From contig OZ024740.1 of assembly GCA_964016885.1 (NCBI GenBank), forward strand, positions 405,480,001-405,544,000: a DNA stretch of 64,000 nucleotides. Reading direction: 5' to 3'. Positions 1 to 16,670 of this stretch are shown in pieces. The notes under the pieces are model-generated. The model was given only the letters and a program-made list of their open reading frames with translations, searched no databases and had not been told where the DNA came from. A program made the position numbers and the translations under genes. The stretch comes from Eledone cirrhosa. Taxonomy: Eukaryota. Position 1 is the first letter of the stretch, and every line of letters starts with the position of its first letter.

Positions 1-272
1 TTCTCGCAAGACTTGCAGCCACGGAAAAACTAGTGGTAGCTGAATATTTCAAATGTATCCCTTATTGTATCTGTTAAACTCAAAACATGGAAATAAATGA
101 GACATCTTTAACACCTTACTGAGGTATCAGGTGATGCCCGTGGGGGAGCCTGGTTATTTCAGCGCCTTAGCCTCGCCATCACCCGTAGTAATGCTGCAAG
201 CGTGTTGGCTTGCCTGAAAGTTAACCCCTAAGGTGAGGTGCGGCCGATTGTCGAACTTAGTGGTGAATTGCG
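1..272 (+). mobile_element. 3' fragment of CRE-clade non-LTR retrotransposon (restriction-like endonuclease C-terminus and 3' UTR)
   Basis: Translates to ...LTEVSGDARGGAWLFQRLSLAITRSNAASVLACLK, matching the WLFQR(I/V)SLA...GNA motif of the other CRE-like copies. Its reverse complement matches 62820-63020. Confidence 0.7.
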
Positions 273-283
273 CCCCCACGAGC

Positions 284-390
284 TTTACCAGTTACCTCTG
301 TTAGGCGAGCCGCCAGTGAAGATAGGAATCTCGCAGTCAGTAGCCCGACTCCAAATGTCTCGAACGCCACAGGCTGGAAAATGTAGTTCG
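284..390 (-). mobile_element. CRE-like retrotransposon fragment, convergent with 1-272
   Basis: Reverse complement aligns with 34967-35075 (NYIFQPV..ETFGxVGLLTxRFLSSLAARLTEVTG). Confidence 0.7.
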
Positions 391-789
391 TATTTTGTTC
401 TTGAAAAATATCCGTAAAAAAGAAATGCGTTATTATTTCGTGTTTATATTAAATCTAATCTCAAGTCATCCAAAATAACAAGCACTTTCAGAGATCAGAA
501 AAAAATGTTGAAAGATTAAAAATAGATATAAGAAGGTTTTATCATCCTTACTTGTCAATAATGTTGTTTTTGTTTGTGTCACAATATATTTACATAATTT
601 ATGTATTTATCATTTGTGAATTACATGGCTGAAACAGCACTTATCTTTTACATTAAAATTGAATATAACCAAGGTGTCTACATTTTGATACAGGTTGACG
701 CTCAGTGTATTTTAAAATGACAGACATGCACTTGATTGATTTATGTCTAACACTTGTGTTTGATGGTTTATAAAATAATGGTTTTTTTT

Positions 790-940
790 TAATATAGGCA
801 CAAGGCCTGCAATTGGGGGGGAGGGGAAAGTCGATTAAATTGACTCCAGTGCGTGACTGATACTTTATTTTATCGACCCCGTAAGGTTGAAAGGCAAAGT
901 TTACCTCAGCGGGATTTGAACTCAGATCATAAAGGGCCGC
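790..940 (-). mobile_element. tRNA-derived SINE (family S1)
   Basis: Reverse complement has B-box GAGTTCAAATCCCG and the family core CTTTGCCTTTCA(A)CCTTACGGGGTCGATAAAATAAAGTA, as in the full copy at 30414-30610. Confidence 0.8.
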
Positions 941-954
941 AAGATGGTATATAA

Positions 955-1272
955 AATAATAATAACGAAATTATTGTGTACAGTGCTCAGGTGCACTACA
1001 ACTCATCAAAGGTGTTTGTATAGTACATAGAATAATGTACAAATGTCAGGAAAGTGAACAGCGTATGGAGGGGGAATATCTGTTGTAGTGTTGGCAAATT
1101 TCAGGAAGCATGGAAGTTTTAAAGGATGGAGTGTCTCGACAGCTAACAACTGATGCAGGTAGTTTGTTCCATGCTTCAGCAATTCTGAGCATGAAAAAAT
1201 GTTTCCGGAAGTCATGGGAGCTGTGCTGTTTTCTGACTTTGTAGGCATGCCCACGTGTGTTAGACAACATGG
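955..1272 (-). mobile_element. CR1/L2-group LINE 3' end
   Basis: TRGHAYKVRKQHSSHDFRKHFFMLRIAEAWNKLP is a typical CR1-group RT C-terminus. Closely matches 56600-56960, including the GTGC-ACCTGA-GCAC hairpin and (ATT)n tail. Confidence 0.85.
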
Positions 1273-1529
1273 AATTCAAAAAGGTGCTCGTGTTACGTCC
1301 ACTTTCCACACAGGCATGTGTTGGATGGGTTGTCACAATCTGAGACCAGACATATCGGAGCGACCTTATCTTGCTCATACATTACATATTTGGCATGGTT
1401 TCTATAGCTGGATGCCCTTTCTGGCGTAACCACTCTAGAGTGTTTACTGAGTGTATTGTTTTTGTGATACCAGCACAACCACTTTATACAGTTGACTAGG
1501 TATATTCTATCAAGGCACCAACACTAACA

Positions 1530-2110
1530 ATTTACAGAATGTACTGGGTGAATTTTATCGTAGCACCAGTATGTCACAGCCAGGATTAGCAAGGAAAAAG
1601 CAGCTTCTATCATGCTAAAGAATGTCTGGGCATCAAAAGAGATCTGCCCAAGAACTAAACTTCGTGCCTTCAACTCTGACGTGAAGGTGGTACTGCTGTA
1701 AGAATGTGAAACTTGGAGGATAACAAAGAAGATGCAGCAGAAGATCCAGACATTCTTCAACACCTGTCTGAGGCACATCTACAACATCAAATGGCCAGAC
1801 AAGATCAGAAACGAATATCTGTGGGGGGAGGGGGGGGGGGGGATGGACAGGAACCAGTGGTAAAGCAGATTCTGCAGAGGAAGTGAAGCTGGATTGGGCA
1901 CTCCCTCAGGAAACATCCAGCAACACACGCCAATCCCTGACCTGAAACCCGCAGGGTTAAGAGGAAGAGAGGCCAGTTCCGCGGCAGCTGGAGACATGAC
2001 ACTGAGAATGAATTAAGAAAACTGGAAGCTAACTGGAGTTAAGTGGCGAGCGTAGCCCATGATCATGTCCGATGGCGGAGGGTTGCCAATGGCCTATGCT
2101 GCATAGAGAG
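1530..2110 (+). mobile_element. Degraded RTE-clade LINE (RT C-terminal region)
   Basis: Frameshifted peptide ...MLKNVWASKEICPRTKLRAFNSDVKVVLL*ECETWRITKKMQQKIQTFFNTCLRHI...WPDKIRNE...WIGHSLRK. Confidence 0.75.
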
Positions 2111-2271
2111 CCATGGGGCTGAATCAATGACTAGTACTAAAGTGGTCGTCATAGGAAGCATGTGCGTGTGTGTGTTTATGTTTGCTTTTCATTTTTAAGT
2201 AAAGTCAATTTTAAGGTACAACTGCTAAATTTAGTTTTCTCTCTTTATATATATATATATATATATATATA

Positions 2272-2790
2272 TCATCATCATCATTTAACGTCCATGTTCC
2301 ACGCTTGCATGGGTTTGGACGGGAGTTTTCCCACTTGAGGCAAGAGTGGTTGTCTTGCTCGCATAGGACTGTCTGGCGGGTTTTCTACAGCTGGATGCCC
2401 TTCCTAACACCAACCACGTTTATAGTGTGGGACTGGGAGGTTTTTACCGTGTTACCTACACAGCCACATTACAATGTGGACTGTGTTTTATTGTCGTGAC
2501 ACCTACACGACCTCATTTGTTTCGGGCTGGATGTTGTGGTACCAACATAACTTTACATTGAAGAGGGTGGTGTGGATGGGGTGGGGGTAGTGGGACGGGG
2601 GTGTATTTTTGTTAGAGGTGCCTACTGACTGTAGTAGGTTTCACTTTGTACTTAGGTAAGGCGGGTCTTCTCTATTACTGTGTAGCGCCAAAGATCTCGG
2701 TCCAGTGACATTGTCTTGGAGAGGTGTAAGTGTGTGAGGTCGGAATTTATCAAGTCGTCCCAGGTTTTTCTGGAAGACCCGCCTTGCCTA
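2272..2790 (-). mobile_element. 5'-truncated RTE LINE (family R1) 3' end with (GAT)n tail
   Basis: Encodes RKTWDDLINSDLTHLHLSKTMSLDRDLWRYTVIEKTRLT*, nearly identical to 59098-59220. The 3' UTR matches 58600-59097 and the tail abuts (TA)n at 2245-2271. Confidence 0.9.
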
Positions 2791-4299
2791 AGTACAAAGT
2801 GAAACCTACTAAAGGAATATAATAGACAAAATCCATGGGTCTGAAAATCAGAGACATGAGGGCAGCCGAACATTTATTATATTCCTTTGTTATATTTTGA
2901 ATACCAGATGATGTCACCAGATTCATTCTGAACCCGGTCATTGAAATGATCATAGTATAATAAACCTTTTAATGAATTACACCAGTCCAGCCTCCTGTTA
3001 TTTTATAATAATTAACTCCGTACTCGCACCACCAACTACACAAACGAAGACGGGTGAGTTGCATTACGTCGAGTGCTCTCCATAATATTACATCGAGGTT
3101 GACCATACGGAATGACCAGTTCTATCCAGTGGTGAACCAACAAACCTAAAAAAAAATATATAGAGAGAGAGAGGGGGGGGGGGGGGAAATTGCTCTTGTG
3201 TTTTGTTCATAACAAACCTTACAGATACAAACATAAATAGTCTGTACTTTAGAAAGTACAGTGTGTAATCACTATTATTAATATACAAGTTCAACAGAGG
3301 TAATTCCGTTACTCTGGTCATAAACTTCTGTCTAATATTGTTTCATGAATGTCTTCCATGTGGCCCAATTCTCTTTGCTCCTCTCTCTCTCTTGGTCTCT
3401 CTCACTGCCAGACCAATGAAATTCATCTCATTACAGAAGTTTGGAAAATACATTTTTAATAATACTTTTGCAAGCAAACACACACATACACATCATACCT
3501 AATACACAACGTCAAACGATTCAACTGTGTTTATTTGTTCTTCGTGTATTGTCGTATAACTTTGAAGAAAGTTATATTTAATAAATTAGTAACATAACGG
3601 CTTTGTATTGCCATTTTAAAACTCAGCAGGCCAAAATTACTCAACAACAGGTTTCAAATTTTGGTCAGCAGAAAAAAAAAGCAAAATTTTGTTGACCAGT
3701 GTGCAATCTCTTGTAGCTATGGGTGGAGTCAATATGGATTAGCCCATAGCTAAGAAACTTGACATGATAGAAAAACAATATTACCATTTTTAAACTCAGT
3801 GGTACCAAATTACTTAGGAACAGGTCTCCCACTTAGATCTCCAGAAAAAAAGCAAAATTTTGTTGACCAGTGTAATTGTAATTGTTTAAGTATCAGTATT
3901 GTTTCTATGTGTATATACTTGTATGTTCATATACTTTCTGAGTGTAACTATATGGATTGTTCTAGTGGGAAATGTGTGTATATATATATCCATATATAGA
4001 GAGATTTTGTGTTTAGTCTATATAGAGGTGTGGTGCAGTATTGTTAATGATGTATGCATTATTAATGTAGCTTATTGTGTTTAACTGTATTTGGGTGTAA
4101 TTTGATGACATCACCATTTTACGTCTATTTTCCACACTAGCATGGGTTAGACGAGTTGTTCTGATGTGGGCAATGCTAGGTCAGGTGACTGATTTTGGCT
4201 TGTGTACATAAATATGCCTAAGACTGGTTTGTCGACTAAGGTAGTTGTAAGATAGTGGTATTTTGTGTGTCCAAGCTTGTATTCCTCCCTGCTATATGG

Positions 4300-4790
4300 C
4301 GGTGGGATTGTATATGGGGGATCTGCTGAAAAATTCCGTTTTTGTATTTAGATATTTATCAGAGGTCTTTAGACCCTGCAATATTCTAAATTTTTCGGTC
4401 AAGCAAAGTGAACACCTCGTAAGGGCGTGATTTTAGCCAAAATATTCCAGTTAATTGTGTATGGGATCCCTTTATCCTTCAGGTACCACACACAACTTGC
4501 CAGTACCATGGCCATCCTCATTTTCTGATGTTTGAATGATGTGATATGTGAGTACTTCCGTTGTTTGAACCGACCTTGTGTCATATCCACATATCATTCT
4601 CTGCTCTCTGTGTGTGATTGGTTATAGTTGGTATGGTAGTAGCTTCATATATGTCCAACTTGAGGTTACATTTTTGTTGCAGAGGGCATTTTTTTCATCC
4701 TGGGCTTACATCAGATTCATTTCTATTTGTAATTTTTGCCTTCATGGAAAGACTACAGGTGTAGCTGACCTTCAACTGCTTGTTTGAAAT
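4300..4790 (-). mobile_element. Penelope-like element relic (GIY-YIG endonuclease region)
   Basis: CPLQQKCNLKLDIYEA...(Y)xGMTQGRFKQRKYSHITSFKH...LASCVWYLKDKGIPYTINWNILAK fits the GIY-YIG module of Penelope-like elements. It contains a frameshift. Confidence 0.6.
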
Positions 4791-7700
4791 CAGCTCTCAC
4801 AACTTCTGCCCAGATCTTCTTTGGTCTCCTTCCACTAAGATTTCTTGGCACTTTTTCACCCAACAATCATCATCCATATGCCTCACAAAGGTAAATTTAT
4901 AAACCCCAACTGATTTCAATGGGAAATAATTTTTTTCCTTTTTTTTTTTCTTTCATGCGCTAACAATTAAACTTACCTCCTTATATGCTGTAAAGGACTT
5001 TTTACCCTGAAAAGGAAAAAAGGAGATGAGAGTGAGGTGATCCTCCGATTTTTAACCACTGGGAGTTTACCATTTTTTTTTTTTTTTTCTTTTTGCGCTA
5101 CCAACTAATCTTAACTCCGAGTAGGCTGCAAAAGACTTTTTTTTCCTGGTAAACAGAAGTGGAAGGGCTACCCTCCTACCTGCACCTCACTCGCAGAGTT
5201 TTCTTTACCCCTAACCCCAACCCCAACTGAAATTGATGAGGTTTTTCAATAATAATAGCCATACCAGCATAGTCTTCTCTTCTGCACACTACATCTAATT
5301 CCTTTTATACCCAGATTTTCTCTCAGCACATTTATCCTTTGTCTTTCATGCATATCCCTTCAAAGCATACTTACTTCATTTCTCTCCAACCTTCATATAT
5401 TCTCTATATTCAATAACCTTGTCTCACTACCGTACATCTTGCATTGCACACAGACATCAGACAGCTGGCCTTTCGTTTGTAAATTGCAACATGTCCATTT
5501 GAGTGTGCCTTAAAAATGATGTCACATGATTTAATATTAAAAATAAAAAGATAACTAAGATGGCGGAATAACATGTTTAAAAGTCTTTCTGTTTCATTTA
5601 TGTAAAACATGTCATGGTGGCAGCGAGACTGATATGCCAGGCACACCTAAAAACTAAAAGAATTGAAAATCAGTTGCAAAGTGAATTTTTCCTTTTTCTA
5701 AGGAGTTCAAGGAAGCCAAATCAAATGCCTGGCATGAATCACACATATAGCATTATGATTTTTTGTAAGAACCTTTTCTTAAGTTATACTCTAAACAACT
5801 TATATTAAAAATCAATTGAATATCATGGGTGGTATATTTCATTAGAAATATGATCATGAACAGGATATTATACTATGAAGGAGCCTCTATTTTTTCAGTC
5901 AATCTACTAGAAAGGGAAGACAATTTTTCCTCAAATGACACCTTGCCATTTTCTGGATAATGTAGTCCTAGATACATTATATTTATATCTATGAGATGTT
6001 CATAAGCCAGTTCTATCAGAGGCAATGATAAAACTCATTAGGTTCAATATTTAGTTTTGAGAAGTGAAATACTTCACTTTATGATAACTACAGTTAGGTT
6101 AACTGCAAACTTGAAAGATAATAGTCTTTATCATGGAGGCTTATTACAACACTTGAGATACTAAATAAACCTCTGTAACTATATTAACTCTTAGCGTCCT
6201 GTAATAATTTATCTAAAAACAGGTTTGTTATTTCAAATATTTATATGTTTTCTATTAGACAGATGTTAAAAAAATAATGGATCTGGTTCTTTATGTTGAG
6301 TTCAAATCATGTTGAGCTGAACTTTGCCTTTCAACCTTCTCAGGTCAATAAAAGTACCAGTTAAATACTGGAGTTGATGTAATCAACTCTCTTCCCTGCA
6401 AGTTGTTGTGCCTAAATTAGAAACCATTATAATGGATAACAAGTATAGTAAAGACTGTTCTGCTGAGGATATTTAATGAGGAAAAAAACATATCTGGAAT
6501 TGTTGTTCTGGTTGCCAAATATCAAGTTAATTTAATACTAATCCTTGCGCTATTTTTTGTCATGCCACATGCCTATTTTCAATTTTGATGATGATACAAT
6601 ATTTACTTACAACTTCAGAGTGCATGTAATAATCTTGATTAATATTATCTTAGTCACAACATTAGTATATTGGTATTTACTTTGACAATTTATTCCTACG
6701 GAACTTCTCACCACCCATATCTTCTAAACATATAAAAACTCTTTGTTAATTCAAAATCAAAGTGCCAATTTTATTGTATCTGGTTCTTGGTAAATACCGT
6801 TTGTGAGATATAAAATGCACCCAATACATCTTGTAAAGTAGGAGTGTTGGTGCCACAACAAAATACACCCAGTATACTCAAAGTGGCTGACATTAAGAAG
6901 GGCATATAACTAAAGATCGCACTAAAAACAGAATGTATGAGTAAGACATGCTCATACATTTAGATAAATATAGATGATGATGATAAACACTTAAAAAAAA
7001 CAGTTCCATATCATAGAACTAGGGTCATTGTGGTAACTAAGAGATTAAATAAATAAAAAAATTGGTAGTTAAGGCATATGCTCTACCACCAACCCTCTCA
7101 AGATAGTCATGTAAAGAGAAGTGAAGTGATCTCAGTTAGCAAGCAAAACTTCTGAATTGAGTCACCAAGAAATTACCTTTACCCCAAATCCTTTTGCTAC
7201 AAAATCATGTGAAAGTGCCTGTATTTATCTAAAAACGTTCTATTAAAATTTTATGTACAAACCTTTAACTTGTATTCCAAACAGCAACTTAATAATGAGA
7301 ATGTTGTACTACTAAATCCCTCCAGATACTTGATTATTAAAAAAATCGTTTGAAAATCAAATCAATTTCATCAAGAATATGGTAGGGAAGCATTAATATT
7401 GTTTTCTAAACCAATATTTTAGGCCTCAAATTTGGACGAAAAGAGGCTAGTTGATTGAATCATCATTATTACTTGACTGGTACTTCTTTTATTTTACTCC
7501 TCTAAATATTAAAGTCAAAAGAAATGATTTTGGTAGTATTTGAACTCTATGTAAAAAGATGAGCCTAAATACTGTAATACAAATAGTTCAGCTGTCATTT
7601 CTGCCACTCCACCTACAGTAATAATATTTTCTAACATGGACTCAATGCCACATATTGTATATGTATATTAAATCATCTGCCAGTACTTAACTGGTATTTA

Positions 7701-8697
7701 AATTATCAACCCTGAACGAATGAACTGTTAAGTTGACCATGGGTGAATATAAAGGGACATAACTAAACATATCAAGTCATTTAAGCGGCTCTTCAACAGA
7801 TTCAGCCACCATTTTTATAATAAGAAAATCCAATTTTATAGAAAATAATTTTTTTTATTAAAAAAATTGACATGACAAAAATCACAGACAACACAAATGA
7901 AAGCATTAAATTATAATTTTGATTCAAAAATACAAAGGTCTCTGAAAATATGAAAAGTATATTTTTTTCTTTGGATTTTAAATGATTTTTAAAAATAAAT
8001 ATTCAAACATTATCTGCACCATATTTTTTCCTTCGGATATAGATTAAAATCAAAACCTATATTTGTATTTATACATATACATGAAATTAAAGATTAATTA
8101 ATACCAGGAATATAATAGATTATTGTAAGTCCCAATCATGACACAGCAGCCTAAAAACTACTACTGACATCAATTTTCAATTACACACAATTTAAATCAA
8201 AGAATATCACAAATAAGTTTGTTGTTGTGTTGCTAATTATAAACATGGTCCTGCATTAAGAGTTTAGGGGCAATATCTTGTCACCAGAGAGTTTGGAAAC
8301 TTGAAAATCTATGCCCTTTACCCAAACAGTATTACCGAAATTCATGCAAACAAGGATAAATAATACTGGGAAAGCAACAATATATATATATATAATGAAT
8401 GTGTGTGTGTGTGTGTCTGTGTGTAAGAAAGGAGCCAGTTTCTTCATCATTGATACTATCTCCTAGTCACAACTGGCAGGAGATGGGATTTGAACTCAGA
8501 ATGCACAGAACTAGATCAGATAATGCAAAGCATCTCATTCAACTAACAATTTTGCCAATCTACTGCACCTGGGTTGGTACTTTAATTATAAACCCTGAAA
8601 GGGTGGATGAAAGACAAAGTTAACATCAGCAGGCTTTAACCTCTGAGCAAATAACGAGGCATTTAATCTGATGCCCTAATGACTGCCACACACACAC

Positions 8698-8732
<35 letters not shown>

Positions 8733-9250
8733 CTTGTTGAAACCTCAAGGTCACTGATAGTTTTCTACTGAAATTTACACTCTGCCCACAAATATTGAGT
8801 GCTAATTCAGTTAATGTTTATATATTTTTAAACACACATTCTAATATATATGTGTGTGTGTTCTCAAAAGACAATGCACCTTAAAACACTTGGCAAAATA
8901 TGATACAATCAGAAGAGACAAGAACAAATACCATAATCATAGTTCAGAAGACATTAAATTTCTTAAAGAAAATCTTTAAATAATATTCTATCAACAATTC
9001 TTGCTTTTTCTATACAATATGAAATAAAAAGGAAAATATTCAACATTAGAAGGAAAAGCATATGTATATATATATTATATAACATTATATAATATATTAT
9101 ATAACATATATAATATATTACATAATGTATATTATATAACATGTGCATAATATATATATATATATATATAGTGTATATATATATATATATAGATATATAT
9201 ATATATATAGTGTATATATATATATATATATATATATAGATATATATATA

Positions 9251-10148
<898 letters not shown>

Positions 10149-10401
10149 AGCTACCCCACACCCCTCCCACCCGCCCCCACACACCACCATTCTTAATACG
10201 TGGACCAATCATAAGCCAGAGCCCCCCCCCCCCCCCCACGCATCACCATTATTATTATTACGCGGACCAATCATAAGCCAGAGGCCTATACTATCGCTTG
10301 CCCGGTTGCCTTCAATATATGATGGATGGATGGATGGATGGACGGACTGCGGAATCCTGGAGAGTGGAAGGGAGAGAAAAATCTGGACGCTCAGAGCGAA
10401 A

Positions 10402-11832
10402 ATGCCAAAGTTAAAGTCAAATTCACCTCGTGGACGAGAATGCGAGCACTCCTCTTTGTTTCGTCCGCAGATGGCTAACATAACCCTATCTACCCCGCCC
10501 CCCACCACCCCCACCCTCCAAACGCAACCCAAAACTTCAGAGTTGGTACCATTAATGTAGGCACCCTAAAGGGTCGCGCTAAAGAGGTTGTAGAAATGCT
10601 TGAACGTAAGGAGGTCGATGTTTGTTGTATTCAAGAGACCAGGTGGAGGGGTGGGTCTGCTAGATTCATTGAGGGTAAAAAACGATGTTATAAGCTTTTC
10701 TGGGTGGGAAACGACGATGGGCTGGGTGGAGTAGGAATCATGGTAGCAGAAAAGTGGGCAGATAAGATAATAGACGTAAATAGAGTGAACGACAGAATAA
10801 TTAAAATACGACTTGTCCTCAATAGAACTACGGTGACAGTAATATCTGCGTACGCACCCCAATCCGAACTGCCCGGCACTATAAAAGACAGATTCTATGA
10901 GACACTGTTGCTAACTACCTCCCAAATATCTGACAGTGACTATATAATTATTGCAGGCGACTTAAATGGTCACGTTGGACAACATTGTGACGGCTACGAC
11001 GAAATCCATGGAGGCTATGGGTTTGGTACTAGAAATGAGGAAGGCTCCAGAATCCTGGAATTCTGTGATGCAAATAACCTAACTATCTGTAACACTAACT
11101 TCAAAAAACGTGACAATCACCTGATCACCTATAGATCCGGGGAACACACAAGCCAGGTAGATTATATCCTTACCAGAAGACGTGACAGAGTGTCTGTTGT
11201 AAACACTAAATCCCTCCCCCATGAAGAATGCACCTCCCAACATAGACTGATAATTAGCGACCTCATAGTCAGGACGAGACGTACTCGACAGCAGAAGAGG
11301 ACTATCCTCAGGAGGAAAATATGGAAACTAAAGGACCCCACAGTCAGAAATAAATTTCAAAGCATATTACTTGATGCTTTCGACAGTAAGGAAGAGCATC
11401 TAGAATCGGACAATATAGAGGGACAGTGGGAATTTCTGAAAGCAAACCTGCTGATGGCGGCAGACGAAGTCTGTGGCTGGAGCAGGCCTGTAGGCAGGAG
11501 GAGAGTAACATGGTGGTGGAACAGTAGGGTGGAGGGGTCAATTAAGGCCAAAAAGCAGGCTTGGAAAGTATGGCGGGATGGGGAAGTAGAGTAGACTATC
11601 AAGTGGCCAGGAGGGAAGCTAGGAGAGAAGTGTACTTAGCAAGAAGGGAAGCTGAGGAAAGAAAGTTCAAGCATGTTCTACAACGCGATGACCAAAAACG
11701 TGAGGTGTTCAGGATTGCTAGGCAGTCCTATGCGAGCAAGACAATCACTCTTGCCTCAAGTGGGACTACCCCCGTCCAAACCCATGCAAGCATGGAACAC
11801 GGACGTTAAACGTTGATGATGATGATGATGAT
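10402..11832 (+). mobile_element. RTE LINE (family R1) 5' part: APE endonuclease joined by internal deletion to the 3' UTR and (GAT)n tail
   Basis: FRVGTINVGTL, CCIQETRW, ISAYAPQ, AGDLNGHVG, QVDYIL, TSQHRL are APE motifs (ORF 10596-11594). There are frameshifts near 10533 and 11580. After VFRIARQ (11724) the sequence switches to the R1 3' UTR. No RT is present. Confidence 0.9.
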
Positions 11833-13540
<1,708 letters not shown>

Positions 13541-15811
13541 TATATGTGTGTGTCTGTATAATCAAGGAAGTTCTAACCATTGTGGAGAAAAAGAGGACAA
13601 ATGATGGTAATGTTTATGATTGAGAAAGTAATAGATGATAATCATCATCATCATCAAAATATTAAAGTGATGCAGTTAATTTTGTACTTATCAAAAATGT
13701 TTTGCTATGTGAGAGTCACCCGATCAATCTTGCCTCAATTCTCGTCTAACCCATGCTAGCGTAGAAGATAGACGTTAAATGATGATGTTGATGATGATTG
13801 TGGTTTCATGCAATATTTTATTTACCTGTAATAGGAATGACATGATTAATCAAACATTTTGTAGTTTTAAAACATATTCCATTATATTTACCCTTATAGT
13901 ATATTTTATAAGTTCAAATTTAACTTATAACATACAATAAAAGTACTAAGTTTATGAAATGATTGCTTTCAATATATGTAAAGACTCAGATGTATACATG
14001 ATGAGAAGTGATAAAAGATACTGCACATTCTTTCACAATAAATTTTATATTAGTGAAGTGTGTCTTAGTCTTCTTTTGTCTTTCTTGAGCTTATGGGGCT
14101 CATCAGGCTGGAGCATATTCTGGTTTTATGTAACATTAAGCAACAGAATATAAGACTTCCCAAGATGCCATGAGGTTAACTCCCAACTGGTACTCATTTT
14201 GACTAGAGTCAGAAATCAAACCCACAAATTGTTTGATTATAAGCCCAACACCCTAGTCAGAATAGAAAGTCTTAATTCAGATATATCCTCATCATTGTCA
14301 TTTTATGTTCACTTTCCACAAGGGTAGGACAGGTTGTCACAGTAAAAAATTTGACAGGCTAGAGAGATCTCATCTTGCTCATACATTCAAATTTGACATG
14401 GTTTCTACTGCTGGATGCCCTTCCTAACACCAATCACATTTCAGAGTGTAGTGGGTGTATTTTATCATGAATGGTAGTGTTGATGCTATATAAGAGAGAA
14501 CATCATTAGCAATAAGTATAGATAGTGTTAAATTATCAACAGTGGTGTGAATATTATGTGAATTTTAGTTTTAAAAAGAACTAAGTTTAAGAATATTGCA
14601 CACTCACAATTTAAAACACTTGCTCAAGGGTTTTTATATTTGTAAATACTGAAACAAACATTTATTGCATTAGATATGTTACACTGTATCAAAGTTATGC
14701 ATCTCCGTCAAATTGAAACCAAGAAGATATTTAGATATAAATTCAAGTTTAAGGAGTAAACTTTAGACTATTTTCATGGCAAAATTGAGAAGTAGAACGA
14801 AACTTTATAAATATAATTACAGCAAATATATTATTGCATTTCATACTCTAACTGCTCAACAAAATTTCTTTATAAAATCACCTTTTTGAAGTTCCAAGCT
14901 AAAGTTATTGACATAACGTCCATTTTCCCTGTTAGCAGGAGTTGGATGAGTCAATACTGGGGGCCTACATTTCATTTACCTACATTTCTGCATTTTACTG
15001 AGTACTCAGGCAAGATGAGGGCTCATTGTTTCTAATCTAAAGATATATAATAGATAGCAATTATATGGAGAAGCAATACATTTATAAAACAATTAACTAT
15101 AAGCCAATATATTATTTAAATGCACATACAGTCAATAACTGAAGCTCTTACATACTTGTTCAACTATTTATACAAAATAATATTGATCAAAATAAATTAT
15201 CCAGTTTATATTTTATATTCTCATGAAGAATGGGAGTATTATGGATTGGTTCTTGTCTTAAGTGAAATACAACAATGTAGATTGAAAGAACAGTTTACCA
15301 ATTATATTATGAAACAGTTTTGAATTAATAATGTAAAATCCATTCATGAAAATTATAATCATTACAAATAAGATACAATAGAACTGAAAATATATTATAG
15401 TCAGATAAATACTTATAACTGAATTCAATAACTAAATTTAGAAAATTTTTCATGAAAACCTTGATGTAACAGAAAACAATGTGTGAGGAGGAGTATAGCA
15501 TTAAAACTAAAAAATAAGGAGCTCACTTAAAAACTGAATTTCTGAATTAATAAAAATAGTGTGAAAATAATAGGGAGAGGAATTTACTCGAGGGATAGTA
15601 ATTAACTGAATACAGGCTAATATGCTAATTTATTAATTTTCAACAAATATGAAACAAAATCAAATGAATGTGCAAAGATAGACATTGCAAACCATAATAA
15701 CAAACACCATAAAAATACAAACGAAAATAAATTGCAAGCATCATTAAGTTTCAACATCCACAGAGAAATGGATGTTTTAATGAAACCTTTTCAAAAATGA
15801 TTTTTTTTTTT

Positions 15812-16347
15812 TTAATTTGATGTTGAAGAATTCTTTTTTTTTGTTAAAATTTGTGAAACTAGCTTTATAAATTTGGGATTTTTCAATATTTTCAAATGGT
15901 CAGCTTTTGGAACAACATAATGGTGAACAGGTTGCTTCTGTTGCTTTGACCATTTCAGACAGCCGAGCAAACTTGGTAAATTCACTGTACCGTCTCCTGG
16001 TCCATATATTGTCTTAGGTTGAACATTAGGATACCGTTTACCATAAATAAAACTAGCAGGAGTAGGTACCTCAATTCCATGTATACAATGAACTTCTACT
16101 CCAGGAGGTCGCAGGTCTTTCACAAGACCCTCAGTGTCTTTACGCATGTCATAACCAGTTGTAAAGTTCAAATCTTTAAAAAACTGCTGGTAATCATTAA
16201 CAGTATAATTGCGTCCAGGATGAGAAACAAGTATTTCATCTGATTTCCAGAAAGTATCGTATGGCATAAGCCAAGCTGTTGAAGATGCAGTTCTCTGGTA
16301 TTTCCGAACAATATTATCTTTCAGTATACTAATTCCAAGATTATCCC
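15812..16347 (-). CDS. PLA2G15: Group XV phospholipase A2 / LCAT-like, coding exon 6 (last)
   Basis: Acceptor tttag|GG GAT AAT. Encodes GDNLG...PPGVEVHCIHG...GDGTVN (catalytic Asp)...ADHLKIL (catalytic His). TAA at 15812-15814. 536 nt. Confidence 0.95.
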
Positions 16348-16439
16348 CTAAATACAAATAAAAAGAAAAGTATTTTAATACATTAAAAAGGAAAATTTAT
16401 TCAGGCAAATAGAATGAAGTATTATGTGTGTTAGACCTA

Positions 16440-16670
16440 AGTTCCGATGACAAGTGTTTCAGTTGTTTGATCAACAGTACAGCTTGCTCATGAAATTAAC
16501 ATACAAGTGCCTCAGCATTCCCCAGACTGATGTACATTTAACATAGTTCACAGAACAATTCAGCATGAGAGTGTGTGACAAGGCCATTTCACTTACAGGT
16601 GCAACTAATTTTTTTCAGCTGAGTGAACTAGAGCAAAAGAAGTAAAGTGTCTTGTTCAAGAACACAAGGC
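16440..16670 (-). mobile_element. CORE-type SINE fragment (family S2) in intron 5
   Basis: Reverse complement TGTGTTCTTGAACAAGACACTTTACTTC..TTGCTCTAGTTCACTCAGCTG matches 22285-22338. Confidence 0.65.

Noticed and set aside
3611-3872. Diverged ~90-bp local duplication (also ~130 bp at 29328-29457 / 29790-29910)
   Set aside because: Real but unremarkable old tandem duplications with no functional signal.
16348-16357. Start codon of the 181-aa ORF
   Set aside because: It is intronic; the exon begins at 16347 after the AG acceptor.
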